From an uncultured Rikenellaceae bacterium (lineage in GTDB: Bacteria > Bacteroidota > Bacteroidia > Bacteroidales > VadinHA17): a DNA stretch of 64,000 bases. The stretch lies in NCBI GenBank assembly GCA_964633195.1, contig CAZWFL010000015.1:12764-76763 (forward strand), read 5' to 3'. The translations under genes and the position numbers were made by a program. The notes beneath the pieces were generated by a model. It was given only the letters and a program-made list of their open reading frames with translations, ran no database searches and was not told the DNA's origin. Shown here piece after piece: positions 29,487 to 38,042 of the stretch (within the stretch, counting starts at the first letter, position 1; each line of letters opens with the position of its first letter).

Positions 29487-29654
29487 ATGGCTTACAAAAT
29501 TAATGATGATTGTACTGCTTGCGGAACATGCATTGACGAGTGTCCGGTGGAAGCAATATCAGAGGGTGATATCTATAAAATTGATCCTGATATATGCACT
29601 GATTGTGGTGCATGCGCTGATGTTTGCCCCGTTGAGGCTATCCATCCCGAATAG
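29487..29654 (+). CDS. 2x[4Fe-4S] ferredoxin (55 aa), absent from the ORF track
   Basis: My translation is MAYKINDDCTACGTCIDECPVEAISEGDIYKIDPDICTDCGACADVCPVEAIHPE*. It has two CxxCxxCxxxCP clusters. Confidence 0.9.
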   Translation: MAYKINDDCTACGTCIDECPVEAISEGDIYKIDPDICTDCGACADVCPVEAIHPE

Positions 29655-29671
29655 TTCTGCAAATCAGGATT

Positions 29672-29830
29672 AAAGAGAGTGTCTCATATGCCAATATTTT
29701 TGCCCCCTGCCCCCTGAAGTTAATGTCATTTGACATAACAAGGGTTTTTAAACCCTGCCATGATTAATTCCCGCGTTTACGGAATTTAGGGACTAACCGA
29801 CAGGATGCCGGCTTTTGAGACACTCTCTTT
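29672..29830. other. 159-bp element bounded by perfect 15-bp inverted repeats (AAAGAGAGTGTCTCA ... TGAGACACTCTCTTT)
   Basis: IR arms at 29672-29686 and 29816-29830 enclose 129 bp. The interior holds a TATTTTTG -7 box (29695-29702) and small hairpins (TGTCA-TT-TGACA, GGGTT..AACCC). It lies between the convergent ferredoxin and gldB-like genes. Confidence 0.6.
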
Positions 29831-29831
29831 C

Positions 29832-30851
29832 TTATTGGGGATTGTACCTTGCTTTTTCCAGTAACGTCTGCACATCAACATCATTCATCATCTCTTCCAG
29901 AGCTCTTCCCGGATTCTTCTGCATGTATGATTCAATAATCCTGAAACCGGTCCATACTGCTGCCCTGCCCGGTGATTCATTTGTGAAGTAACTGGTAAAC
30001 GGAGCCTCTCCGGTCAGTTTCCTTATGGTAAGATAGTCCGTCCTGAAGAGAAGATCATGGGTCATCAGGTATTGCCACATCAGGGCTTCATTATTCCTGC
30101 AGAATTTCATCTGGTCTGCCGTAAACCCGAATATCATCTCATCAGGCAGTTCCGGCATCATGCATCTCATGAAGTACCTTATTTTACCCTCATGAATCAT
30201 TCTGGTAATTACATTCTCACCGGCATAATTCATCTCATCGAAATCCCATTCCGAAACACCCCAGCCATACATGCAGTCAGGCACAATATTTTCCGGTGTC
30301 ATTCTGGCTGCAACATATTTGTAGATCTGCAGAAGGGGATAATATTCGCAATCAGCGCCCAGATACCTGTCGAGTCCTATCGCAAGAACTGAATCGCCTG
30401 TAATGATACTGGAATTAAATCCGGTGATGCATGTGAATACCGATGGCACGGTTTTGCCGGGGAAATACCACACATAATGGCGAAAAGCCCTCCCGAGCTC
30501 TTCCTCAATATTACTTATGTCGCTGAACTTCTCCATTACTGAGTTGTATACCTCATTGTTTTGCCTGTCGGTGCAGAATTCAACAAGGTATTCGGCAAAC
30601 AAAGGGTCATTTATATCACCTGCATTTATTACATAACTGAAGAGCTGAAGAAAACTCCCGTATTTCTCCTTCAGTCCGGGTATCCTCTCCATTATCTCAT
30701 CAGGACTGATCGGGAACAGCTCCTCCTCAAACCTTAAAATCTCAATATTAAGATCAACAGAGGAAATATCAATTCTGTAAGGGTTTCGTTTACATGATAT
30801 TAAATGCAGAAACAACAGAAGTAAAACAGAAACATGTATTATCCTGCGCAT
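29832..30851 (-). CDS. gldB: Gliding-motility-associated lipoprotein GldB-like
   Basis: Lipobox (..LHLISCK). Size and N-terminal pattern (..IEILRFEEELF..) are as I remember for the GldB family, and I recall nadE as a frequent neighbour. This assignment is from memory, not a search. Confidence 0.55.
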   Translation of the reverse strand: MRRIIHVSVLLLLFLHLISCKRNPYRIDISSVDLNIEILRFEEELFPISPDEIMERIPGLKEKYGSFLQLFSYVINAGDINDPLFAEYLVEFCTDRQNNEVYNSVMEKFSDISNIEEELGRAFRHYVWYFPGKTVPSVFTCITGFNSSIITGDSVLAIGLDRYLGADCEYYPLLQIYKYVAARMTPENIVPDCMYGWGVSEWDFDEMNYAGENVITRMIHEGKIRYFMRCMMPELPDEMIFGFTADQMKFCRNNEALMWQYLMTHDLLFRTDYLTIRKLTGEAPFTSYFTNESPGRAAVWTGFRIIESYMQKNPGRALEEMMNDVDVQTLLEKARYNPQ

Positions 30852-31007
30852 GAATTACATCATTAAAAGATTAAACAAAAATATATACTTTTAAATTGTA
30901 TAACAACACTCCCGCATGTGGCAAGTTGTGCCAATATTTTTTAATTTTACATTTGAAACAGAAAAAGATTATCCGGTTGCGAGTATTAATCTCAAAATTT
31001 AAGTGTC

Positions 31008-31709
31008 ATGATACCAAAAGTTTCTTTAGCCCGTTTCAGACATGCTTTGTTCGCAACAGCCATGATGATGCTTTTTGTTAAGGCTTCAACGGCTCAGGAA
31101 TACAGATTTGGCGGTTACATCGTTCCTGCAATATCCTGGTTTTCAACTGATATTACTGAAGTGGTCAATCAGGGATCCAGGGCAGGAATGATCATAGTTG
31201 TGAGCGCGGAAAGGTATTTCACCAATAAAATATCTGCTACTGCGGGACTGGGTATTATAAATTCCGGTGGAAGGCTGGTGAGCAGTGATCCGACTCTTTT
31301 CAAGTTTGCCAATTACACCTCGGTTGTAGCTTCAGGCGATCCTATAGTTTACCGTATTCAATACCTTGCAATTCCGGCAGGCTTAAAGTTCTATACCAAT
31401 GAAATCGGCTATAATAACCTGATTGCATTTGGTGAAATAGGGATCGATCCGAAGATAGTTGTAAGGGGCAGGGTCGATATACCATCTCTCGACATCAAGG
31501 GAGAAGGAGCTATGGCTGAGATAAAAAGGTTCAATTTTGGCTGGCACCTTCATGCAGGGATAGAGTATCCCCTGGGAGGCTCAACAGCAGCTGTGCTCGG
31601 ACTTGGGTTTGAAAACAACTTTCCCGATATAACCAAAGATGTGGGCACACAGGCAAACGACAGGGTCGCACACAAATTCCTGAAATTCATTTTCGGTGTT
31701 AAATTCTGA
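31008..31709 (+). CDS. Small outer-membrane beta-barrel protein (OmpW/PorT-like fold class)
   Basis: Signal peptide ending ..ASTAQE, alternating hydrophobic beta-strand pattern and C-terminal ..FIFGVKF. Confidence 0.6.
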   Translation: MIPKVSLARFRHALFATAMMMLFVKASTAQEYRFGGYIVPAISWFSTDITEVVNQGSRAGMIIVVSAERYFTNKISATAGLGIINSGGRLVSSDPTLFKFANYTSVVASGDPIVYRIQYLAIPAGLKFYTNEIGYNNLIAFGEIGIDPKIVVRGRVDIPSLDIKGEGAMAEIKRFNFGWHLHAGIEYPLGGSTAAVLGLGFENNFPDITKDVGTQANDRVAHKFLKFIFGVKF

Positions 31710-31714
31710 GGTGT

Positions 31715-33367
31715 ATGAAAATAACTCTGGCCCAGCTTAACTATCATGTCGGGAATTTCACCAGAAATAAAGAACTTATCAGCCTTGCCATTAAGAAAGC
31801 GAAGGATGATGGCTCAGATCTCATAATTTTTTCGGAGCTCTCGGTGGTGGGTTACCCGCCGCTGGATCTGCTTGACAGGCTCGATTTTATTGAGAATTCC
31901 GACAGGATCGTCAGGGAGATAGCCGGAGAGTGTAAAGGTATTGCGGCCCTTGTGGGAGCTCCCGTAATCAACCACAGGCCTGAAGGCAAAAAACTCTTCA
32001 ATTCTGCTCTGCTGCTCTCGGAAGGTAAGGTAATATTCTCGGCCAATAAGGCTCTCCTTCCTACTTATGACATCTTTGATGAGTACAGGTATTTCGAACC
32101 CGAAACCGTGTTCAGGGTGTTCGAATACAGGGGTCTGAAGCTGGCCGTAACAATATGCGAGGATCTGTGGGACGAACAACCTTTTGACAACGAATTTGAG
32201 AAATCGAGACTCTACAGGGTCTCTCCCATGGAAGAGCTTGCCAGACAGAATCCTGATATCATAATCAATATTTCCGCATCACCCTTTTCATACTCGAAGA
32301 TTAAATCAAAAGAGAATATTTTCAGATCAAAGGCGCTCAGATACGGGAAACCGGTGATCCTGGTAAATCAGACAGGAGCAAACAGCGAGTTGATCTTCGA
32401 CGGGGCATCAGCGGTCTTCAGCAACAGGGGAGAGATTGTACACCGGCTGCCATGGTTTGAAGAGAGTGTCTTCACCTTTCCCCTGAGTGATGCAATCTCC
32501 GGGAATGATCAGGAAGAGAAGCCTGAACCGGATGTTATTTCACTCATACGTAAAGCCCTGATCACCGGAATTCAGGATTATTTCGGAAAGCTTGGCTTCG
32601 GGGATGCCGTTCTGGGACTCTCAGGCGGACTTGACTCTGCAGTCACCCTCTGTCTGGCGGTTGAAGCGCTCGGCAAAGAGCATGTGAAAGCTCTCCTTCT
32701 GCCCTCGAGACACTCCTCGGAACATTCGGTAACCGACTCCGTAACCCTGGCCGGCAGACTTGGAATAAACTATGAAATTATTGATATTGAGAAAGCCTTC
32801 AGGGCATTCGAGGATATCCTGGCTCCATATTTCATGGGAAGAGAGAGAGATGTTACCGAAGAGAATATTCAGGCGAGGGTGAGGGCGGTGATCCTGATGG
32901 CTTTCGCCAACAAATTCAACTATATACTGCTTAACACATCCAACAAGAGTGAGGCTGCAGTGGGATACGGAACACTTTACGGAGACATGGCCGGAGGATT
33001 ATCGGTTATTGGTGATGTATACAAGACCGATGTGTACCGGCTGGCGGAATATATAAACAGGAACGGGGAAATCATACCACAAAATATAATTAAAAAGCCC
33101 CCTTCCGCAGAGCTGAGGCCCGGCCAGCTCGATACCGATTCCCTTCCGGATTACGGTTTACTCGACTCGATCCTTTATCAGTATATTGAGCTGCAGCGAT
33201 CCCCGGCAAGGATAGAAGTGAGTAACAGTGAGAGAGAAGTCGTTGAAAGAGTACTCAGCATGATCAATTCAAATGAATATAAGAGATATCAGGCCCCGCC
33301 TGTGCTGAGGATATCATCGAAAGCGTTCGGGGCCGGAAGAAGAATGCCTATTGTTGCAAGATTCTGA
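31715..33367 (+). CDS. nadE: Glutamine-dependent NAD+ synthetase
   Basis: N-terminal CN-hydrolase domain (..FSELSVVGYPP.., ..VTICEDLW..) and a C-terminal NAD synthase domain with SGGLDS. Confidence 0.93.
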   Translation: MKITLAQLNYHVGNFTRNKELISLAIKKAKDDGSDLIIFSELSVVGYPPLDLLDRLDFIENSDRIVREIAGECKGIAALVGAPVINHRPEGKKLFNSALLLSEGKVIFSANKALLPTYDIFDEYRYFEPETVFRVFEYRGLKLAVTICEDLWDEQPFDNEFEKSRLYRVSPMEELARQNPDIIINISASPFSYSKIKSKENIFRSKALRYGKPVILVNQTGANSELIFDGASAVFSNRGEIVHRLPWFEESVFTFPLSDAISGNDQEEKPEPDVISLIRKALITGIQDYFGKLGFGDAVLGLSGGLDSAVTLCLAVEALGKEHVKALLLPSRHSSEHSVTDSVTLAGRLGINYEIIDIEKAFRAFEDILAPYFMGRERDVTEENIQARVRAVILMAFANKFNYILLNTSNKSEAAVGYGTLYGDMAGGLSVIGDVYKTDVYRLAEYINRNGEIIPQNIIKKPPSAELRPGQLDTDSLPDYGLLDSILYQYIELQRSPARIEVSNSEREVVERVLSMINSNEYKRYQAPPVLRISSKAFGAGRRMPIVARF

Positions 33368-33394
33368 AACGGCTCCCTCCGTCAATCCCAAAGG

Positions 33395-35857
33395 TTATTC
33401 CCTGTAAAAAACCCTCTTCACCCGCGAAGGGATTGATGTAAGTATTTCATATGGTATTGTATCGCATAATGAAGCGACCTCTTCTATGCTGATATTACTG
33501 CCGAATATCTCTGCCTGATCACCTTCCTCCGCGCCAAGCCCCGTAACGTCTGCCATACACATATCCATGCATATACTGCCTGTCAGCGGAGCTCTCTCAC
33601 CCCTGATAAAGAGGGTTCCCCTCCTGTTCCCCAGCTTTCTGCTCAGTCCGTCGGCGTAACCGACCGGAAGTATTGCTATTATCCTTTCTGAATCGGAAAT
33701 ATCGGAGCAATTATACCCAACCGGTTCTCCGGCAGGTATCCTCTTTAACTGACTTATCCTTGTCGTGAAAGACCCTGCAGGCTTGAGGTCGAGACCGTTG
33801 GAGGGCCCGGCGCCGTAGAGCCCGATACCGGGACGCACCATATCGAAATGATACTCAGGAAATCTCACTATACCTGAACTATTGAGAAGATGTATAAGGA
33901 CCGGATAGCCGGCAGCTTTCTTTATCCTCTCCGCCGAATCAAGGAAGACCCGGGCCTGTTTCCGGGTAAATGAATCAAGCGAGGGATCTTCACTGGCCGC
34001 CAGATGGGAGAATACCGAAATAACCCTTATATGTTCACTATTTGCTATGAGGGGTGTCAGCTCTTCAATATCATCAGGCATGAAACCAAGCCTGTGCATT
34101 CCGCTGTCTATCTTGATATGAACCGGGTAACTTATCAGTCCATGCTTTATGGCCGTACGCAAAAACTTATGAAATGAGGTGAAACTATATAATTCCGGTT
34201 CAAGGTTATTTCTTATCATCTGCTCAAAGGCCGCCGGGTCGGGATTCATTACAATTACAGGAAGGGCAATCCCTGATTTTCTGAGCTCAACACCCTCCTC
34301 GGCGCATGCCACGGCAAAACAACTTACACGGTGATATTCGAGCAGGCCTGCTATCTCTGATGCTCCGGCACCGTATGCGAAAGCCTTCACCATTGCCATG
34401 ATGCGTGTACCTTTTTTGATAATTTTCCTGAATTCATTAAGGTTGTGGAGAATCGCATCAAGATTTATTTCAAGCAGTGTGGAGTGAATCTGCTGCTCGA
34501 GGAGACCTCCGATTTTCTCGAATTCATAGATCCGTGCACCTTTCAGCAGTATTGTCTCATCCCTGTAATCTGAAGGATTAAATCGCTGAATGAATTCATC
34601 GGTCGACCAGAAGAATCTGGCATTATCGCCGAAGGCCCGACCGTTCCTGCTCAGAGCTTCGCCGATACCCGTGAACCTCTCTATCCCTGCGCGTCTTACC
34701 AGATCCGCGACTTCGGAGTAGAGCTCTGACTCGTTACGACCACTCTGGACAAAGTCAGAGAGAATAAGAGTAGTCTTACGGTTCTGCTGGCTTTTCAGGT
34801 ATTCGAGAGCCATACCCAGCGATCCGGGATCAGAATTATAATAATCCTCTATCAGATGACAGTTGTTTATGCCGCTTTTCATCTCCATCCTCATGGCAAC
34901 GGAAACAAGTCCGGGAATTCCTTCGCTGATAATATCCGGATCAAGTCCAATAGCGAGACAAACAGCGATAACCGTTGTGGCATTTTCAACCGAAGCCCTG
35001 TCGCTGAACGGTATGGTGAACCTGTATTCTTTGTCCCGGTAAATTACTTCGGCATGAGTACTCCCATTATCTGCCGACATTTTTCTGACAAATATGTCTG
35101 CTCCGGCATTGCTGTATGACCATCCTGTCAATCTCTTCGACCTGAGACAACTATCATTAAGTATCGCCTTCCTGATCAGATCATGATCAGTACAGTATAC
35201 TATTGATGAAGCCCCGGCAAATAACTTAAGTTTTTCTGAGGCTTTAGCCTCTTTGTCGGGAAAATTCTCATCGTGAGCATCACCTATATTGGTAATTACC
35301 CCCACATCCGGTTCCATGATCACTGCCAGCCTTGCCATCTCACCCGGCTTTGAAATACCGGCTTCGAAAATTCCATATTCATATTTATTGTCAAGCCTTA
35401 GCAGGGAAAGTGGCACCCCGATCTGAGAATTATAGCTTTTCGGGCTTCTGACAACCGGAACAGAAACGCCGATGATATCTGCAAGCCACTCTTTCACAAC
35501 AGTCTTGCCCGCACTTCCGGTTATTCCGATAACCGTGTTCGCGAATTGCTTTCGTGCATATCCTGCCAGTTTATGAAGGGCATCGACCGTATCAGCCGTA
35601 ATAACAAAAGCCGATCCGGCCATTTTTTCTGATTTATCAGGCAAATTGCTTACGATAAAAATCCTTATCCCCCGGGAATAGAGGTGTCCGATAAAGGAGT
35701 GACCGTCGTGATGCAATCCCTTTATTGCAATAAAAGCCAGATCGTCAGAGTAGTTCAGGTTCCTGCTGTCAGTAATTATCTCTGAAACAGTCAGATCAGG
35801 ATCGCCGGCAATAGTACCCCCTGTAATAATTGCTATTTCAGATACGGTGACAATCAC
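33395..35857 (-). CDS. Bifunctional UDP-MurNAc-tripeptide--D-Ala-D-Ala ligase (MurF) / alanine racemase (Alr)
   Basis: The N-terminal ~460 aa are a Mur ligase (GITGSAGKT). The C-terminal ~360 aa are a PLP alanine racemase (..AMVKAFAYGAG..). One uninterrupted 820-aa ORF. Confidence 0.9.
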   Translation of the reverse strand: MIVTVSEIAIITGGTIAGDPDLTVSEIITDSRNLNYSDDLAFIAIKGLHHDGHSFIGHLYSRGIRIFIVSNLPDKSEKMAGSAFVITADTVDALHKLAGYARKQFANTVIGITGSAGKTVVKEWLADIIGVSVPVVRSPKSYNSQIGVPLSLLRLDNKYEYGIFEAGISKPGEMARLAVIMEPDVGVITNIGDAHDENFPDKEAKASEKLKLFAGASSIVYCTDHDLIRKAILNDSCLRSKRLTGWSYSNAGADIFVRKMSADNGSTHAEVIYRDKEYRFTIPFSDRASVENATTVIAVCLAIGLDPDIISEGIPGLVSVAMRMEMKSGINNCHLIEDYYNSDPGSLGMALEYLKSQQNRKTTLILSDFVQSGRNESELYSEVADLVRRAGIERFTGIGEALSRNGRAFGDNARFFWSTDEFIQRFNPSDYRDETILLKGARIYEFEKIGGLLEQQIHSTLLEINLDAILHNLNEFRKIIKKGTRIMAMVKAFAYGAGASEIAGLLEYHRVSCFAVACAEEGVELRKSGIALPVIVMNPDPAAFEQMIRNNLEPELYSFTSFHKFLRTAIKHGLISYPVHIKIDSGMHRLGFMPDDIEELTPLIANSEHIRVISVFSHLAASEDPSLDSFTRKQARVFLDSAERIKKAAGYPVLIHLLNSSGIVRFPEYHFDMVRPGIGLYGAGPSNGLDLKPAGSFTTRISQLKRIPAGEPVGYNCSDISDSERIIAILPVGYADGLSRKLGNRRGTLFIRGERAPLTGSICMDMCMADVTGLGAEEGDQAEIFGSNISIEEVASLCDTIPYEILTSIPSRVKRVFYRE

Positions 35858-35860
35858 AGT

Positions 35861-36469
35861 TCACTTTTTTTGTGTTTTGTTGTAACATTCCCGGCAAAGG
35901 GGCTCATACAGGTTTCCTGAACCAAGAAGAACGACTTTCGACTCTTCCGACTTCCTGAATGAATAGTGCGCCAGACTGCCGCATCTGACACAGATGGCAT
36001 GCGCTTTGGTCACATATTCGGCAATTGCCATTAACTCCGGCATACTTCCAAAAGGTTCACCGTGAAAATCCATGTCCAGCCCGGCGACAACCACTCTTAT
36101 GCCATTGTCTGCCAAGCTGTTGCATACTCCAATCAGCGCATTCCCGAAAAACTGTGCCTCATCAATTCCCACTACATCAACATCTCCCGACAAAAGTAGT
36201 ATTGAGGAGGCATTGTCGACGGGTGTTGAGACTATTGACCTGTCATCATGTGATACGATCCGTGTCTCCGAAAATCTGTTATCGACAGCGGGTTTGAATA
36301 TCTCAACTCTTAGCCCGGCCAGCTGAGCCCTCCTGAGTCTTCTAATAAGCTCCTCGGTCTTGCCGGAGAACATACACCCTGCTATAACCTCCACCGAACC
36401 TCTCCGTCCGGCAGCCCTAACCGGGTTCTCCTGAAAATCCATCTTTTTAGGATGTGTTGACTGAAACAA
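35861..36469 (-). CDS. tdk: Thymidine kinase
   Basis: [12 protein letters not shown]-loop, IDEAQFF and a C-terminal zinc ribbon (C..C....C..C). The start may be the internal ATG at 36442. Confidence 0.92.
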   Translation of the reverse strand: MFQSTHPKKMDFQENPVRAAGRRGSVEVIAGCMFSGKTEELIRRLRRAQLAGLRVEIFKPAVDNRFSETRIVSHDDRSIVSTPVDNASSILLLSGDVDVVGIDEAQFFGNALIGVCNSLADNGIRVVVAGLDMDFHGEPFGSMPELMAIAEYVTKAHAICVRCGSLAHYSFRKSEESKVVLLGSGNLYEPLCRECYNKTQKK

Positions 36470-36506
36470 ATTAAAGTAATATCCAATAACGACCCTCTTA
36501 TTTCGT

Positions 36507-36514
36507 TATTTTTG
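36507..36514 (+). promoter_or_regulatory. -7 box TATTTTTG upstream of the hypothetical gene and rsmI
   Basis: Exact TAnnTTTG match 39 nt upstream of the ATG at 36553. Confidence 0.45.
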
Positions 36515-36552
36515 CAAAGTAAAGAATTTGGTTTGTTTAAATAAGTAAAATT

Positions 36553-37332
36553 ATGGATTTCAACGGGGCCATCGACATTATTATAAAAGATCTGAGGGAT
36601 GCACAGGAAATTATAGATGATCTGAAGAGATACCCTGATGTGCCGGCCTTCCAGATTGAACTGGCCAAAGCAAAATGTAAGAGCGCTGCCGAAGTTATAG
36701 CCTTTTTAAAGGGCATTAAGACTGACGGTGCCCCAGGGAACAGAGGAGTAAACAGGCCTTCAGGTCAGGCTGATACAGGTACAGCTTCAGTGGCCGGGGA
36801 AGAGCTTCAGACAGGAGCGACACCGCATGGACACGATGTGGGAAAACCAGCCGGTAATAATGGTGTAGCGGCTGAGAGTACGGCTGGCATTCATAATGAT
36901 AGTCAGGTCACCGGAGGAACTTCCGTACCAGTGGAAGATGATATAACGGGGATGGGTGAGGCTGGAAGGGCTCCGGTAAAAAAAAGTCTGGAATCTGCGA
37001 TCATTGCTGATAAATACAGCCATCTTTCATCCTGCTTCAACGAACAGCTTGGCAGTTCCCGGACCGGTGACGACATGGCAGAGTACCTTAAATCAAAACC
37101 GCTTATCAATCTGTCGGATGCGATAGGAATTAACGATAAGTTTCTATTTATCAGGGAGATATTTAACGGCAACAAGGAGTCCTATTCCCGGGCGATTGCC
37201 CAGCTCGATCATACCGGAAGCCTTCCCGAAGCCAGAAAACTCATCATGGGTTACAAGGGAGATGAAGAAGAGAATGAGGCCGTAAAGCAGCTTCTCGATA
37301 TAATAAAACGCAAATTTCCCGGACATGAGTAA
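36553..37332 (+). CDS. Hypothetical protein with a low-complexity G/A/T/P-rich central linker
   Basis: 259-aa ORF overlapping the rsmI start by 8 nt. Helical N- and C-terminal regions. I recognise no motif. Confidence 0.55.
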   Translation: MDFNGAIDIIIKDLRDAQEIIDDLKRYPDVPAFQIELAKAKCKSAAEVIAFLKGIKTDGAPGNRGVNRPSGQADTGTASVAGEELQTGATPHGHDVGKPAGNNGVAAESTAGIHNDSQVTGGTSVPVEDDITGMGEAGRAPVKKSLESAIIADKYSHLSSCFNEQLGSSRTGDDMAEYLKSKPLINLSDAIGINDKFLFIREIFNGNKESYSRAIAQLDHTGSLPEARKLIMGYKGDEEENEAVKQLLDIIKRKFPGHE

Positions 37333-38014
37333 GCTTATCCTTGTCCCGACCCCCATCGGCAATCTAAAGGATATTACTCACAGGGCTCTTGAGGCGCTTG
37401 CAGACGCTGACATAGTCCTCACCGAAGATACCCGCCAGGCAAGAAAGCTCCTTTCCCATTATAAGATCTCTGCTCCCCTTGAGTCGCATCATATGTTCAA
37501 TGAGCACAGGAGTGTGGAATCAGTTTGTGCAAGGATCCGGTCAGGTGTAAAGATGGCACTGATTACGGATGCAGGCACACCCGGCATATCGGATCCGGGT
37601 TTTCTGCTTGTAAGGGAGTGTATCAGGAATGGGATCCCTGTCGAAACGCTGCCCGGCCCTACAGCCATGATACCGGCGCTGGTCAATTCGGGACTGCCTT
37701 CAGAACGGTTTTGCTTCGAAGGATTCCTTCCTCCCAGAAAAGGACGGAGAAAACGGTTCGAGCAGCTGCAACAGGAAGAAAGGACGATGATTTTTTTTGA
37801 GTCGCCCTATAAGCTTGTAAGTACACTTGATGAGATGACATCCTGGTTCGGATCCGACAGGGAGGCCAGCATATCAAGGGAACTGACAAAGATACATGAA
37901 GAGACTATCAGGGGGCCACTCTCATTTTTAACAGAGTATTACAGAAGCAAACCGCCAAAGGGTGAACTGGTTATCGTAATCGCCGGAAAGAAGAGAAAGA
38001 ACCCGCAACACTGA
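37325..38014 (+). CDS. rsmI: 16S rRNA (cytidine1402-2'-O)-methyltransferase
   Basis: LVPTPIGNLKDIT.. start and tetrapyrrole-methylase-fold motifs (..TDAGTPGISDPG..). Confidence 0.92.
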   Translation: MSKLILVPTPIGNLKDITHRALEALADADIVLTEDTRQARKLLSHYKISAPLESHHMFNEHRSVESVCARIRSGVKMALITDAGTPGISDPGFLLVRECIRNGIPVETLPGPTAMIPALVNSGLPSERFCFEGFLPPRKGRRKRFEQLQQEERTMIFFESPYKLVSTLDEMTSWFGSDREASISRELTKIHEETIRGPLSFLTEYYRSKPPKGELVIVIAGKKRKNPQH

Positions 38015-38042
38015 ACACCTTATTTGCCTATTGATTACCAAG

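Noticed and set aside
29655-29831. Assignment of the IR-bounded element to a known RNA family (SRP/4.5S, 6S, hammerhead, twister)
   Set aside because: I could not find the conserved cores I remember (the SRP domain IV GGAA/AGCA motif, the hammerhead CUGANGA...GAAA) on either strand. It needs an Infernal scan and is left unclassified.
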